This document shows, piece by piece, positions 62,517-64,000 of a DNA stretch of 64,000 nt. The stretch lies in the NCBI RefSeq assembly GCF_016433145.1, contig NC_058132.1, forward strand, positions 88,926,432-88,990,431. The letters run 5' to 3'. The DNA comes from Gracilinanus agilis. Lineage: Eukaryota. The notes beneath the pieces are model-generated. The model was given only the letters and a program-made list of their open reading frames with translations, searched no databases and was not told where the DNA came from. The translations under genes were made by a program, and so were the position numbers. Position 1 is the stretch's first letter, and every line of letters begins with the position of its first letter.

Positions 62517-64000
62517 GAGGAAAAGAAAGCAACAGTTGCTCAGAGGAAAGAGAGAGAAGTGTAAGCTAATAGTAATTGCTAAGGGATACTCAGTGTCTGA
62601 TTCACTAAAATAACAACTTAGTAGAATACAGGGAAAACACTGGAGCTAATAATGATATCATTACTATTTTCATGCCTTTTGGTATTGATAAATGGTATGC
62701 CTCTCTAGTGCATTCCATGAATTACTATATTAATCATCTAAAAGTATGCTAACTCTGTAATAGCTCTGACTCATAGGTAGTAAATAGATCATTACAACTA
62801 CAGTCCTTTTTAGGAAATAATTACTTCTCTGAAGTTTTTGAAATAAACTTCCCAAAAAGTAATCCTTTTTGGAGAAGAGCTCAAGCACACTTTAAAACTC
62901 ACCATAAATGAGGCTGCGGTACTTATGAAAGTACTTTTTTTCCTCATCAATTTCTGAAATTTCTGAATTTGACTATAAGATCATATTCTGAAAAAAGTAA
63001 CTCTAGATTCCCTGTTTATTCTACATGCAAATGCAAATTGAAATTCTCCTCAATGATTTTCATGAATAATTTTGTTGTATTGTATATATGTAGTAAGTCA
63101 AGATACATGGAGATGAAGAAGCTTTGTTCTCTAGTGTACTTTTATTTTCACTGTGACACATGCATTTGTCTACAAACATTAGGTTTCTGGGTCTCTGCTA
63201 TCAACTTCAGTTCCTTCTCAGTTTTGTATCACCACTGACAGCTCTCTTTGATTCACATTATCATGATACTTGTGATTGATTCCAGTTTCTTCTTTACTCT
63301 CTCGTGATCATCTAAAAGTTTCTTAGTCTTAAATCAGTTTGTTTTGTTTAAAAGAATTTCCAGGATATAATTTCAATTAAATTTAGTTTCCTTTGTAATC
63401 TTGGTTGTTTTATGAATTCAAATCATTATTCTTAGAAGGGTTCTATATGTTTCACCAAACTGCCAAAAGCATCCATAACACCAAAAAAAAAAAATAATTA
63501 GAAACCCTATTTAGATCTTGTCCCAGAGAAAATTTTACCTAGATTTACCTGTGCTTCCCAAACTTTTTGGCAATGTTCATCACTGTACTATCTCTCCATA
63601 ATTCTTGCTACATGATTCCATTTCACTAAATATACATTTCATTGTTGTCATGCTGTTTCCTCCACAAATTTACTGTTATAAATATCCTATAGACTTCTTT
63701 TCTTCATGTTTCCTTCCTTGGCCTTTCAGATTACTTATAGTTTTGAACTTTTGAATATAATGATACTTCACAATGTATGTCCATATGTCATGATAACATA
63801 TATCTCCTTTACATTTTTATTATTATAGAATTATATTCTAAATATATGTGCATATTTCTTGCATGGATTGTAGAGAACTATTTTCCTATAATTTATTTTT
63901 GGATTGTTATCTCTTAAGGTTTAGTGAAACTCTCCCTATAGATTAATCAATCCTATTCTCAAGCTTTGTTCTGAAGAAAGAAGGAAACTTCTTTTTAAGA

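Overview
AT-rich, repeat-dense mammalian genomic DNA, very probably a marsupial such as the opossum Monodelphis (inferred from the tRNA-derived SINEs, L1 and LTR types, all recognised from memory). It is part of a class I (OR51-family) olfactory receptor cluster. It holds four full-length single-exon OR ORFs: an OR51V1-like gene (13685-14629, -), two 96%-identical paralogues (22090-23034 and 38712-39656, both -) inside a ~11.5 kb local duplication, and another OR51-family gene (61584-62516, +). The rest is mostly L1 fragments, SINEs, solo LTRs, a hAT MITE and a degraded gag-bearing endogenous retrovirus with nested insertions. I cannot support a wholly new biological system. The observations most worth checking are these five. 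(1) A 1.5 kb block of old non-L1 genomic DNA sits inside an L1, with retrotransposition-like ends. (2) A compact gag-only, tRNA-Arg-primed provirus has a long hairpin abutting its polypurine tract. (3) A near-identical non-coding tract between the duplicated OR copies suggests gene conversion. (4) The two OR paralogues carry different lesions in the DRY motif. (5) A copy-specific, sense-oriented LTR lies in the predicted 5' intron of the copy that lost the key Arg. All alignments were done by eye, so boundaries of degraded repeats are approximate.
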